Source: an uncultured Planctomycetaceae bacterium
GTDB lineage: Bacteria; Planctomycetota; Planctomycetia; Isosphaerales; Isosphaeraceae
Assembly: GCA_963833985.1 (NCBI GenBank)
Contig: CAWIAD010000001.1
Span: 2,368,001 to 2,432,000 of the forward strand
Reading direction: 5' to 3'
Length of the DNA stretch: 64,000 nt
The notes below the pieces were generated by a model that did no database searches, had not been told where the DNA came from, and worked only from the letters and a program-made list of their open reading frames with translations. Below, one piece after another: positions 21,379-29,497 of the stretch (positions are counted from its first letter, which is position 1; every line of letters starts with the position of its first letter). Both the position numbers and the translations under genes were made by a program.

Positions 21379-22995
21379 ATGAAACCAAACCGTGTTATTC
21401 TGTCAATTCTATCAATCGTTTTGATACAGAGCCACGCCGGGACGGCCGCCGAGCTGCCAACCAGCCTGACTCCGCCGCCGCCTCCGGAGCCGCGGATCAA
21501 CGGCCCCAGCGTGGTCAGCGCGCGGCCCGGCGCTCCATTCCTGTACACGATTCCGGCGACTGGCGAGCGGCCCATGGAGTTCAGTGTCGACCGGCTTCCC
21601 GAGGGCCTGGCGCTTGACAAGGCAACCGGGCGGATCACCGGCAAGGCCGTGCTCGATGGCAAGGAGATCCTCAAGAACGGCTATGACGGCCGATCGACGT
21701 TCCCGATCGTCGATTCCGAGGGTGGACTCGCCTATGATGTGTTGCTGCACGCCAGGAACGGCAGGGGTGAGGCCGCGAAGAAGCTGCGTATTTACATCGG
21801 TGAGAAGATCGCCAGGACGCCGCCTCTGGGCTGGAATAGCTGGAACTGCTGGGCCGGAGCGGTCGACCAGGAGAAGGTGCTCCGTTCGGCGCGGGCGATG
21901 GTCGCCTCGGGCCTGATCCAGCACGGCTGGACGTACATCAACATCGACGACACCTGGCAAGGCCAGCGCGGCGGTGCTCTCAACGCCCTCCAGGCGAACG
22001 GCAAGTTCCCCGACATGAAGAAACTGTGTGACGAGATCCACGGCATGGGCCTGAAGGCAGGGATTTACTCCACGCCCTGGGTCACCTCGTACGCCAGGTT
22101 CGCCGGCGGCTCCAGCGACGACCCCAGGGGCGTCTGGACCAGGGGACTGGCCAGCCAGAAGCACTGGCGGCTGGGCATGTATTCGTTCGCCGAGAACGAC
22201 GCCCGCCAGTATGCCGCCTGGGGCTTTGATTATCTGAAATACGACTGGAACCCGAACGACGTGCCGCACACCGAGGAGATGAGCAAGGCGCTGCGGGCTT
22301 GCGGGCGCGACATCGTCTTCAGCCTGTCCAACACCGCGCCCTTCGAGCACGCCGCCGACTGGGCGCGGCTGGCCAACTGCTGGCGCACCACGGGCGACAT
22401 CTACGACAACTGGGAGGAAAACCGCGAGCGCGGCCACGGCTGGCAATACGGGGTCTCGGAGATCGGCTTCACCCAGGATCGCTGGGCGCCCTTCGCCGGC
22501 CCGGGCCACTGGAACGATCCGGACATGCTGGTGGTGGGCTACGTGGGCTGGGGCCCCGCGCTGCATCAGACGCGGCTCTCGCCCGACGAGCAGTACGCTC
22601 ACATCAGCCTCTGGTCCCTGCTCTCGGCGCCGCTCTTGATCGGCTGCGACATGGACCGGCTGGACCCGTTCACCATTGGCCTGCTGTCGAATGACGAGGT
22701 CCTGGCCGTGGACCAGGACTCCCGAGGCGTCGCCGCCGTGCGCGTGGCGACCGTGGGCGCGATCGACGTGTTCAGCAAGACGCTGGCGGATGGCTCCCAT
22801 GCGCTCGGCTTCTTTAACCGGGCCCGCCAGGAAGAAAGCGTGACTTTCAACAAGCTGGAGCGGATCGGTCTTCCCGGCAAGTATCAGGTGCGCGACCTGT
22901 GGCGCCAGAAGAACCTGGACGATACCTCCGGCAGCGTGAACCTGACGGTGCCCGGCCATGGAGTCCTGCTGCTGCGGTTGACCCGCAAGGGCTGA
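21379..22995 (+). CDS. Alpha-galactosidase, GH27, with N-terminal putative Ig (He_PIG) domain
   Basis: 'PPLGWNSWN', 'YINIDDTW', 'DYLKYDW', 'WRTTGDI', 'WNDPDML' and 'APLLIGCD'. The segment 'LPEGLALDKATGRITG' is the Ig motif. Confidence 0.92.
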   Translation: MKPNRVILSILSIVLIQSHAGTAAELPTSLTPPPPPEPRINGPSVVSARPGAPFLYTIPATGERPMEFSVDRLPEGLALDKATGRITGKAVLDGKEILKNGYDGRSTFPIVDSEGGLAYDVLLHARNGRGEAAKKLRIYIGEKIARTPPLGWNSWNCWAGAVDQEKVLRSARAMVASGLIQHGWTYINIDDTWQGQRGGALNALQANGKFPDMKKLCDEIHGMGLKAGIYSTPWVTSYARFAGGSSDDPRGVWTRGLASQKHWRLGMYSFAENDARQYAAWGFDYLKYDWNPNDVPHTEEMSKALRACGRDIVFSLSNTAPFEHAADWARLANCWRTTGDIYDNWEENRERGHGWQYGVSEIGFTQDRWAPFAGPGHWNDPDMLVVGYVGWGPALHQTRLSPDEQYAHISLWSLLSAPLLIGCDMDRLDPFTIGLLSNDEVLAVDQDSRGVAAVRVATVGAIDVFSKTLADGSHALGFFNRARQEESVTFNKLERIGLPGKYQVRDLWRQKNLDDTSGSVNLTVPGHGVLLLRLTRKG

Positions 22996-23141
22996 TCCGC
23001 CGCGCGTGATCCGCATTCTGTGGCGGCCAGCGCGGATGTGCGGAACCAGGGAATCTGCGCCGCTTCGCTCGCCTGGTTTCGTAAGTACTTGTGAGGGAAA
23101 GAGGAACGAGTTCGGGTGCCGCCGACAAGGAGGAAACGGCC

Positions 23142-23870
23142 ATGGAACCAGTGCTCAGGACGAGCGCGGCCTGGCTCGCGATTGCGGTCTGCGGAGCGGT
23201 GCAGAGCGGGCGGGCCGGCGCCCAGTCCGCGGATGAGTACCGGCAGGTCCAGCAGGCGACACTGGTTGCGGATGTGGAAGCCAGCCGGGTGTACATCAAG
23301 CTCGCGCCGCAAGGTCATCTGGGACATGATCATATCATCGCCGGGTGCCTGGAGTCCGGCTGGCTGAAGCCAGGCCGCGGGGGCATGCTTGTCTTTGCGT
23401 TGCGCACGTTCGTCGCAGACACGCCGGAGGCTCTCCGCCACGTGGGGATCGTGCAGCCGATCAAGCCGGCCGACCAGAAGAAGATGTCGCAGAGCGTGCT
23501 CGGCCCCGGCGGGCTCGATGTCCAGAAGCACCCCCTGGCGACGCTCGAGATCACGCACTTCGATCCGGCCGAGGAGCAACTGGCCGGATCTCCGGGCCTC
23601 TACCTCATGGGCGGCACGCTCACGCTGCATGGCCAGAGCCGTCCCATCCTGCTGGCCGTCCGGCTCGCGGCCACAACCGATCCGACCGTTCGCAGGCTGG
23701 AGGGCCAGGTGACCATCCGGCAGACGAACTTCGGCATCACGCCCCACTCCAGCCTGGCGGGACTGATCCGCACCCAGGACCGGATGGAGATTCGCGGCGA
23801 GCTCGTGCTTCACCCCAGCATCGACCTTGCCGCCGTCCCGCCGCCCGCACTCCGCACCGGACCGCGCTGA
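23142..23870 (+). CDS. YceI-like lipid/polyisoprenoid-binding protein, secreted
   Basis: AAGGAGG ribosome-binding site and signal peptide, then 'GHDH', 'LDVQKHP', 'GTLTLHGQSRPI' and 'RQTNFGI'. Confidence 0.8.
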   Translation: MEPVLRTSAAWLAIAVCGAVQSGRAGAQSADEYRQVQQATLVADVEASRVYIKLAPQGHLGHDHIIAGCLESGWLKPGRGGMLVFALRTFVADTPEALRHVGIVQPIKPADQKKMSQSVLGPGGLDVQKHPLATLEITHFDPAEEQLAGSPGLYLMGGTLTLHGQSRPILLAVRLAATTDPTVRRLEGQVTIRQTNFGITPHSSLAGLIRTQDRMEIRGELVLHPSIDLAAVPPPALRTGPR

Positions 23871-23921
23871 CGAGCGGCCACGAAGGCGGTCGGCGTGCAG
23901 ACATCGCTTGCCGTCCGCGGC

Positions 23922-24599
23922 TCAGTCGTCACGCACCTTGCCGTCGCGCATACGAATGACGCGCTGGGTCGCGGCCGCCACCTCAGGGCTGTGCGTGACA
24001 ATGACGAGCGTCAAGCCCTGACGAGCACGCAGGTCCGCGAGAACCTGGAGCACCTCGCTCTGGCTCTGGCTGTCAAGGTTGCCGGTCGGTTCGTCGGCCA
24101 GCAGCAACGAAGGGCCGTTCGCCAGGGCCCGCGCAATCGCCACGCGCTGGCGCTCTCCGACCGAGAGCTGCATCGGCCGGTGATCGCGTCGATGAGCCAG
24201 CCCTACCTGCTCGATGAGTGCCCCGGCGCGTGCCAGGCGCTGGCGGCGCGTCCAATTGGTCTCGAACATCGGGACCTGCACGTTTTCCAGGGCGGTGAGT
24301 GTTCCCAGCACATGAAACGACTGAAACACGAAACCGATCTCACGGGCGCGGTAGCGATCCAGGTCAAGCTGCGAGAGCGGAACGCCGCGATATTCGATCT
24401 CGCCACGGTCGGGCCGGTCCAGGCCACCCAGCAGATTCAGGAGCGTACTCTTGCCGCAGCCGCTGGGCCCGACGATGGCCACCGACTCGTTTGGCTGGAT
24501 CTCGAGCGAAACCCCGCGCAGGGCCTGCACGGAGCCGTCGGGGTAGGTCCTGGTCAGGTTGCGCACACAGGAGCGGCCCGCTGGACTGCCGGCCTTCAT
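23922..24599 (-). CDS. ABC transporter ATP-binding protein (LolD/MacB type)
   Basis: 'GPSGCGKST', 'GFVFQSF', 'LSVGERQRVAIARAL', 'LLADEPTGNLD' and 'VTHS'. Confidence 0.95.
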   Translation of the reverse strand: MKAGSPAGRSCVRNLTRTYPDGSVQALRGVSLEIQPNESVAIVGPSGCGKSTLLNLLGGLDRPDRGEIEYRGVPLSQLDLDRYRAREIGFVFQSFHVLGTLTALENVQVPMFETNWTRRQRLARAGALIEQVGLAHRRDHRPMQLSVGERQRVAIARALANGPSLLLADEPTGNLDSQSQSEVLQVLADLRARQGLTLVIVTHSPEVAAATQRVIRMRDGKVRDD

Positions 24600-25720
24600 T
24601 CATGGCGCAGGGCCTCGCTTGGCTCAAGCGCCGCGGCGCGCAGGGCCGGGTAAATACCTCCGAGCACGCTCAGGAGCAGGCCCAGCACAATCCCGAAGCC
24701 AAGCACGGCCGGCGGCAAGTGCGGATCGATGAATCCCCGGGCGGTGGGCGCCAGCAGCAGGCCCCGCAGGCCTGCCACGGCCAGGATCAGGCCCAGCACG
24801 GCACCCAGCAATCCCAGGATGAGGGACTCGCCCAGGATGAGCCGAAGCACACGGCCGCGGCGCCAGCCGAGTGCCCGCAGCACGCCAATCTCCTGGGTCC
24901 GCTCGAACACGGCCATGATCATGGTGTTCAGCATACCCACGGAGCCGAGCAGCAGTGCGAGCACGGTGGTGGCCCAGGCCATCACCTTGGCAAGCTGGAT
25001 CTGCACGTCGCGCTGCACATGGTCGCGCGCCGGCGTGGCGGCCACACCCGGGATCGCGGACTCGATGCGTTTGCGCAGGCCGGCGATCGCCGCCGGCTGG
25101 GACGACCGAGCCTCGATCACGAAACCGGTCACCTGGCCCTCGCGCCCCATCATACGCTGAAGGGTCGCCAGCGGGACAATGAGCGCACCGCTTTCAAAGA
25201 TGCTGTCGCTCTCGAAGATGCCGATCACCTGGAACGTCACACCGGCCACGTCCAGCGCATCGCCCACATGCTTTCCCAGGTTGAGCGCCAGCACCCGCCC
25301 CAGCAGGGCGACATTGCCTTCTCCCGGACGGAACAGCCGGCCGTCCAGAAGTTTTGAGCCCCGGAACAGCAGGCTGCCGCTCGGCCAGCCGTTGATCAGG
25401 GCGCTGGCGATGTGAGCCTGCTCGAATCCCACCGTGTCCATGAGGGACGGAGAGATGTCCAGAACGCCTTCCAGCCCGCGCAGCTTCGCTCCCAGCGACT
25501 CATCGAGCGTGCTCGAAAGCTGGTTGCTTGTACCCGCGCGCACCACGACCAGGTCAATCCCCTTGGCGGTGAAGAGCTTCAGGAACGATTGCTCGAAGTT
25601 CCAGGCAATGCCCACCAGGTCGAGTACGGCCGCGATGGCCACGGCCAGGCCCGTGGCCGTGAGCACGGTGCGAGCCCGGCGGCGAAGCAGGTTGCGGACA
25701 ATCAGCGTGACGAAGCGCAT
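24596..25720 (-). CDS. ABC transporter permease (MacB/FtsX family)
   Basis: 'RNLLRRRART', a periplasmic domain, 'MLNTMIMAVFERTQEIGVLRALGW' and 'GGIYPALRAA...ALRHE'. It overlaps the ATPase start (ATGA). Confidence 0.92.
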   Translation of the reverse strand: MRFVTLIVRNLLRRRARTVLTATGLAVAIAAVLDLVGIAWNFEQSFLKLFTAKGIDLVVVRAGTSNQLSSTLDESLGAKLRGLEGVLDISPSLMDTVGFEQAHIASALINGWPSGSLLFRGSKLLDGRLFRPGEGNVALLGRVLALNLGKHVGDALDVAGVTFQVIGIFESDSIFESGALIVPLATLQRMMGREGQVTGFVIEARSSQPAAIAGLRKRIESAIPGVAATPARDHVQRDVQIQLAKVMAWATTVLALLLGSVGMLNTMIMAVFERTQEIGVLRALGWRRGRVLRLILGESLILGLLGAVLGLILAVAGLRGLLLAPTARGFIDPHLPPAVLGFGIVLGLLLSVLGGIYPALRAAALEPSEALRHE

Positions 25721-25777
25721 CGGCAGATTCACTCGTGCACCAGGGAGGCACCGGGCAAACGAACGTCATCTCGCGGA

Positions 25778-26626
25778 TCAGAAGGGCACATGCCCCACCA
25801 GCACGTAGCCCAGCCCGCGCCAGACCTCATGGTATTCCACCTCGGGAAGCACGCTTGCGGCAATCGCGCGGACGTCGAGAGTGCGGTAGCGTTCGACCAT
25901 GTCGGTGAAGCGGTCGCCCAGGTTCATGAGCCGCGAGACGATGAAGCGGTCGAGCGCCGGCAAACCCAGCCGGTGGCCGAGCATCCGGTCCGTCAGGTTG
26001 GGCAGTTCGTCCGAGATGACGATCGTCGCGCCGGGGCGTGCCACGCGGACCATCTCGCGCAGCGAGCCCTGCGGATCGTTGAAGTAGTTGAATGCCCCGA
26101 TGCTCAGCACCGCATCGAACTGCCCGTCGTGGAAAGGCAGGCACTCGGCCTCTCCCTGGATGAGCCGGACCGGGACCTCGGCCGGCCGCGCGGCGCACGC
26201 CCTGAGCTGCGACCACGAGATGTCCACCCCCACCACCTGCCAGTCCGCCGGCATCCAGGGCAGGTACACGCCGTCGCCCACAGCCACGTCCAGCAAATTG
26301 AGCCCGGGCCGGGCCGGCAGGTGCTTTAGCACCTGGTTCCGAGCCCGCCGTTCGCCTCCGTTGCACCACCAGGTGAACTTCTCCCAGAACCGGAACTTCG
26401 GCCACAGCGGGCTGTCATAAAACTCCTGCGCCACGCGGTTGTTGGCCTCGGTCCCCTCGTTCACGACCAGGATCTCCTCCCGGATGGGAAACTCCATGGC
26501 GCAGCCTCGGCACTGCAACCCTGAAAACGTGCTCGCCAGGCCGCTCGTGCATCTCGGGCAGCGCAGCAGATCGACGTGTCCAGCCCAGGCTGAGGCATCC
26601 GCGGTCACTTCGGAACTTGTGCTCAT
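25778..26626 (-). CDS. Class I SAM-dependent methyltransferase with N-terminal Cys4 (Trm112-like) zinc ribbon
   Basis: 'CPRC...CRGC', 'LLDVAVGDG', 'GVDIS', 'GEAECLPF...FDAV' and 'EMVRVARPG'. Confidence 0.88.
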   Translation of the reverse strand: MSTSSEVTADASAWAGHVDLLRCPRCTSGLASTFSGLQCRGCAMEFPIREEILVVNEGTEANNRVAQEFYDSPLWPKFRFWEKFTWWCNGGERRARNQVLKHLPARPGLNLLDVAVGDGVYLPWMPADWQVVGVDISWSQLRACAARPAEVPVRLIQGEAECLPFHDGQFDAVLSIGAFNYFNDPQGSLREMVRVARPGATIVISDELPNLTDRMLGHRLGLPALDRFIVSRLMNLGDRFTDMVERYRTLDVRAIAASVLPEVEYHEVWRGLGYVLVGHVPF

Positions 26627-26668
26627 GAAACCGATCCCATCACGAAGGTTTCTGGAGGTGGGCCTCGA

Positions 26669-27490
26669 TCACGAATTGGACTGAACCAGGCAGTAGCCCA
26701 GCCCGTGCCAGATGGGCAGACGTTCGGCCGCCGGCCACACCTGTCTGGTCAGGGCTGAAAGATCCACGTCGAATTGCAGCACCATGTCCACGAAGGCTGC
26801 ATCGAGCCCCAGCCCGCGCAGCCAGAAGCGGTCGATGGCTGGCCTGCCGATGAGGTGGCCGATGCCCGCACGATGCATACCCGGGGTCTCGTCGGCCACC
26901 ACCACGCGTCCGCCGTGCCGAGTGACTCTGCGCATCTCGTGCAGCGCCGCGGCGTGATCCCCGTAATAGGTGAACCCGCCGATGGAATAGCAAGCATCAA
27001 ACGTCGCATCGGGGAAGGGCAGCCGCTCGGCCTCCGCCCATGCCAGCCGGCCTATCATCTGCGGGAATCGCCTCTGGCAGTGCTCGAGCTGCGTGCGGGC
27101 GATGTCAACTCCGTAGACGGTCCACGATGGGGGCAGGAAGCGGATGTTCTCGCCGTCGCCCAGCCCCACTTCCAGGACGCGAGCATCATGGCCCACGGCG
27201 CCCAGGTGCCGCAGGATTGACATTCTGGCCCTGCGGGCGCCGCCATGAAGCGTCAGGAACAGTCGTTCCCACTTGCGGAATCGCGGCCAGCCCGGACCGT
27301 CGTAGAACGCGGAAACGATCGCGTTGCGGCCCGACAGGGGACGGATGGCGTTGAGGATGCTGTCCGGAAATCCGTGCGCCCGGCCACAGTCTGGACAGCG
27401 CTCGCTTCCGTTCAGAAGCGCGGCGCAGTCCAGGCAGCAGGCCAGGTCAGCCAGCGCCGGTGCAGCCGTCATGGAAAGGCCCGATGACAT
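26669..27490 (-). CDS. Class I SAM-dependent methyltransferase with N-terminal Cys4 motif (paralogue of the neighbouring gene)
   Basis: 'CLDC...CPDC', 'VLEVGLGDG', 'GVDI', 'AEAERLPF...FDA' and 'EMRRVTRHGG'. Confidence 0.88.
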   Translation of the reverse strand: MSSGLSMTAAPALADLACCLDCAALLNGSERCPDCGRAHGFPDSILNAIRPLSGRNAIVSAFYDGPGWPRFRKWERLFLTLHGGARRARMSILRHLGAVGHDARVLEVGLGDGENIRFLPPSWTVYGVDIARTQLEHCQRRFPQMIGRLAWAEAERLPFPDATFDACYSIGGFTYYGDHAAALHEMRRVTRHGGRVVVADETPGMHRAGIGHLIGRPAIDRFWLRGLGLDAAFVDMVLQFDVDLSALTRQVWPAAERLPIWHGLGYCLVQSNS

Positions 27491-27537
27491 GGTTCTCTCC
27501 CACAAGGTCTCGGCCGACCGAGCAGCCGGCGGTTCCT

Positions 27538-28319
27538 TCAGAAATCCACCACCAGCGCCTCGGGCCCGGCCCGGCGCATCAGCCAGTCGAAGAGCCGGTC
27601 CGGCATGTGCTTGAGCAGCGCCAGGCCCATCCTCATGGAGAACGGGAAGACGCAGTTGCGCGGCTTCTTGAGGATGGCGCGCACCAGGTGCAATGCCGCT
27701 TGTTCCGGCTCAATCATCTTCACCTCGCGCTTGTAGGGAACGCCTGTGCTCATCGCCGTACGGACGAAGCCCGGACAGACCGTGGTGACGGTGATGCCCC
27801 GCCGCGCCAGGCCCGGCCGCAGCGCCTCCAGGTAGGCGATGAGCGCTGCCTTGGAAGCCGAGTAGGAGATCATCCAGGGGAAACCCCGGTAGCCCGCCAG
27901 GCTGGCGATGCCGACGATGTGTCCCCGTCTCCGGAGGAGCATGTTCGGCAGCACGGCCTCGATCGATTCGGCCACGCCGAACATGTTCACCTCGAAGGTC
28001 CGCCGCAACGTATCGAGCGCCAGGTCCGGAACGAGGGTGAGCGTGCCGAAGCCCGCGCAGGCGACCAGCACGTCGATCGGGCCGAGCTCCTGCTCGATCT
28101 CCTTCACGGACTGGCGGAGCGTGCTGCGGCGCGACACGTCGGCCGGCCGGGCCACGCAGCTCGCACCCGCGGGCGCAGCTCCGCTTCCAACGCTTCGAGG
28201 TTCTCGCGATCGATGTCGATCAGTCCCATGCGGACACCGTGGCGCGCCAGCTCACGTGCGGTGGCGCGGCCGATCCCGTTGGCCGCACCCGTGATCAGGA
28301 CCAGGGGAAGATCGCTCAT
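27538..28319 (-). CDS. Short-chain dehydrogenase/reductase, apparent frameshift ~28172
   Basis: 'VLITGAANGIG' in ORF 28104-28517. 'VLVACAG', 'VN.FG' and catalytic 'YSASK' are in ORF 27538-28155. Confidence 0.9.
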
Positions 28320-29170
28320 GGACACACCTCGCAAGAATGGGCCGGTTGCAGGGATTCCAGGAACTCGCGGACCGCGGCGACGAACGCCCGCGGGTTCTCC
28401 TCCGGAGCCCGATGCTGGGCGCCGGCGATGCGCCTTCCAACACAATCGGGCAGGTGCTCGAGGAGGTGATCGGCCGTGCTCAGAAACGGCGAGTGCTCGC
28501 CATAAAGGGCCAGGCATGGCTGGGACACGCGGGCGATGCGCTCCCAGGTCAACCCGGCTTCCAGCTTCGATTCGGCCCCGCAGGTGGTGGCGGCCAGCCG
28601 CAGCACCCGCCGCATGGCCGGCAGACCGACGGCTTGACGGAAGCGAAGCAACCGATCCTCATCGAGGCTGCTCACCTGGTCGAAGAACGTCGTCAGGTCG
28701 TACCAGGTGTCGGCCGAGAGCATCACGCCGGCGTCCTCGGCCTCGCGGCGAAAGTTCTCCCAGTGGCCCCAGCGGCTGACGTCTTCCAGGTGCCGCAGCG
28801 CGGGGAAGTAGGGATCGGAAATCACCAGTGCCTCGACCCGCTCCGGGGCGATCACCGCGGCGTGAACCGCGATCACCGCACCGAAGCTGTGCCCCACCAG
28901 CCGCGCCCGCTCGATGCCCAGCACGTCCAGCAAGGCCAGCAGATCGCGGGCGTGATCGTGCGAGGTGTAGCCCGTTTGTGGAGCGTCGCTGTAGCCATGG
29001 CCGCGCAGGTCGTACGCCGTGACCCGCTGGCTTTCCGCCAGCACGGGGATCGTTCGCGACAGGAACCAGATGGAGAGGTCCCCGGTCAAGCCGTGGATCA
29101 ACACCACGTCGGGACCGGACCCCGACTGCTGCACGTGGAAGGTCAGACCGTTCGCCAGAATTCGAGGCAT
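28316..29170 (-). CDS. Alpha/beta-fold hydrolase (candidate thioesterase/release enzyme)
   Basis: 'VLIHG', 'YDLRGHGYS', nucleophile elbow 'GHSFG' and C-terminal His in 'AQHRAPEE'. Confidence 0.9.
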   Translation of the reverse strand: MPRILANGLTFHVQQSGSGPDVVLIHGLTGDLSIWFLSRTIPVLAESQRVTAYDLRGHGYSDAPQTGYTSHDHARDLLALLDVLGIERARLVGHSFGAVIAVHAAVIAPERVEALVISDPYFPALRHLEDVSRWGHWENFRREAEDAGVMLSADTWYDLTTFFDQVSSLDEDRLLRFRQAVGLPAMRRVLRLAATTCGAESKLEAGLTWERIARVSQPCLALYGEHSPFLSTADHLLEHLPDCVGRRIAGAQHRAPEENPRAFVAAVREFLESLQPAHSCEVCP

Positions 29171-29215
29171 GGCATCGCTCGTGATCGTGTGACGGACTGG
29201 CAAAGGCCAGAGGCC

Positions 29216-29497
29216 CTATGCCGCATGAGACTGTAGGAACCGCATGAGCTCGCCAATCTCCAGGTCGCGCTGGTCGCGCTCGCCCAGTTCGGCAAGGAGC
29301 CGCTGGAACGGAACCGGCCGGCCCATGTGTTCCTGGATGGCCTCGCCCAGCACCACGGCATCGATCGACGCCAGCCCGAGATCGGCGAAGAACCGGGTGC
29401 CTGGCTCGATGGGCACGAGCGGATCCACATTGAGTGCTTCGCGAAACACGTGCCGGAGCTGTTCGAGGACCTCGGTCTCGGAAAGCGCAGCGCTCAT
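29216..29497 (-). CDS. Stand-alone acyl carrier protein
   Basis: 93 aa acidic helical protein with 'FFADLGLASIDAVVL', a Ser attachment-site variant. It is coupled to the PKS2 stop. Confidence 0.85.
   Translation of the reverse strand: MSAALSETEVLEQLRHVFREALNVDPLVPIEPGTRFFADLGLASIDAVVLGEAIQEHMGRPVPFQRLLAELGERDQRDLEIGELMRFLQSHAA

Noticed and set aside
23000..23140. Possible riboswitch upstream of the YceI gene
   Set aside because: There are only short GC-rich stems (AACCAGG/CCTGGTT) and I recognise no riboswitch consensus. An Infernal/Rfam scan would be needed.
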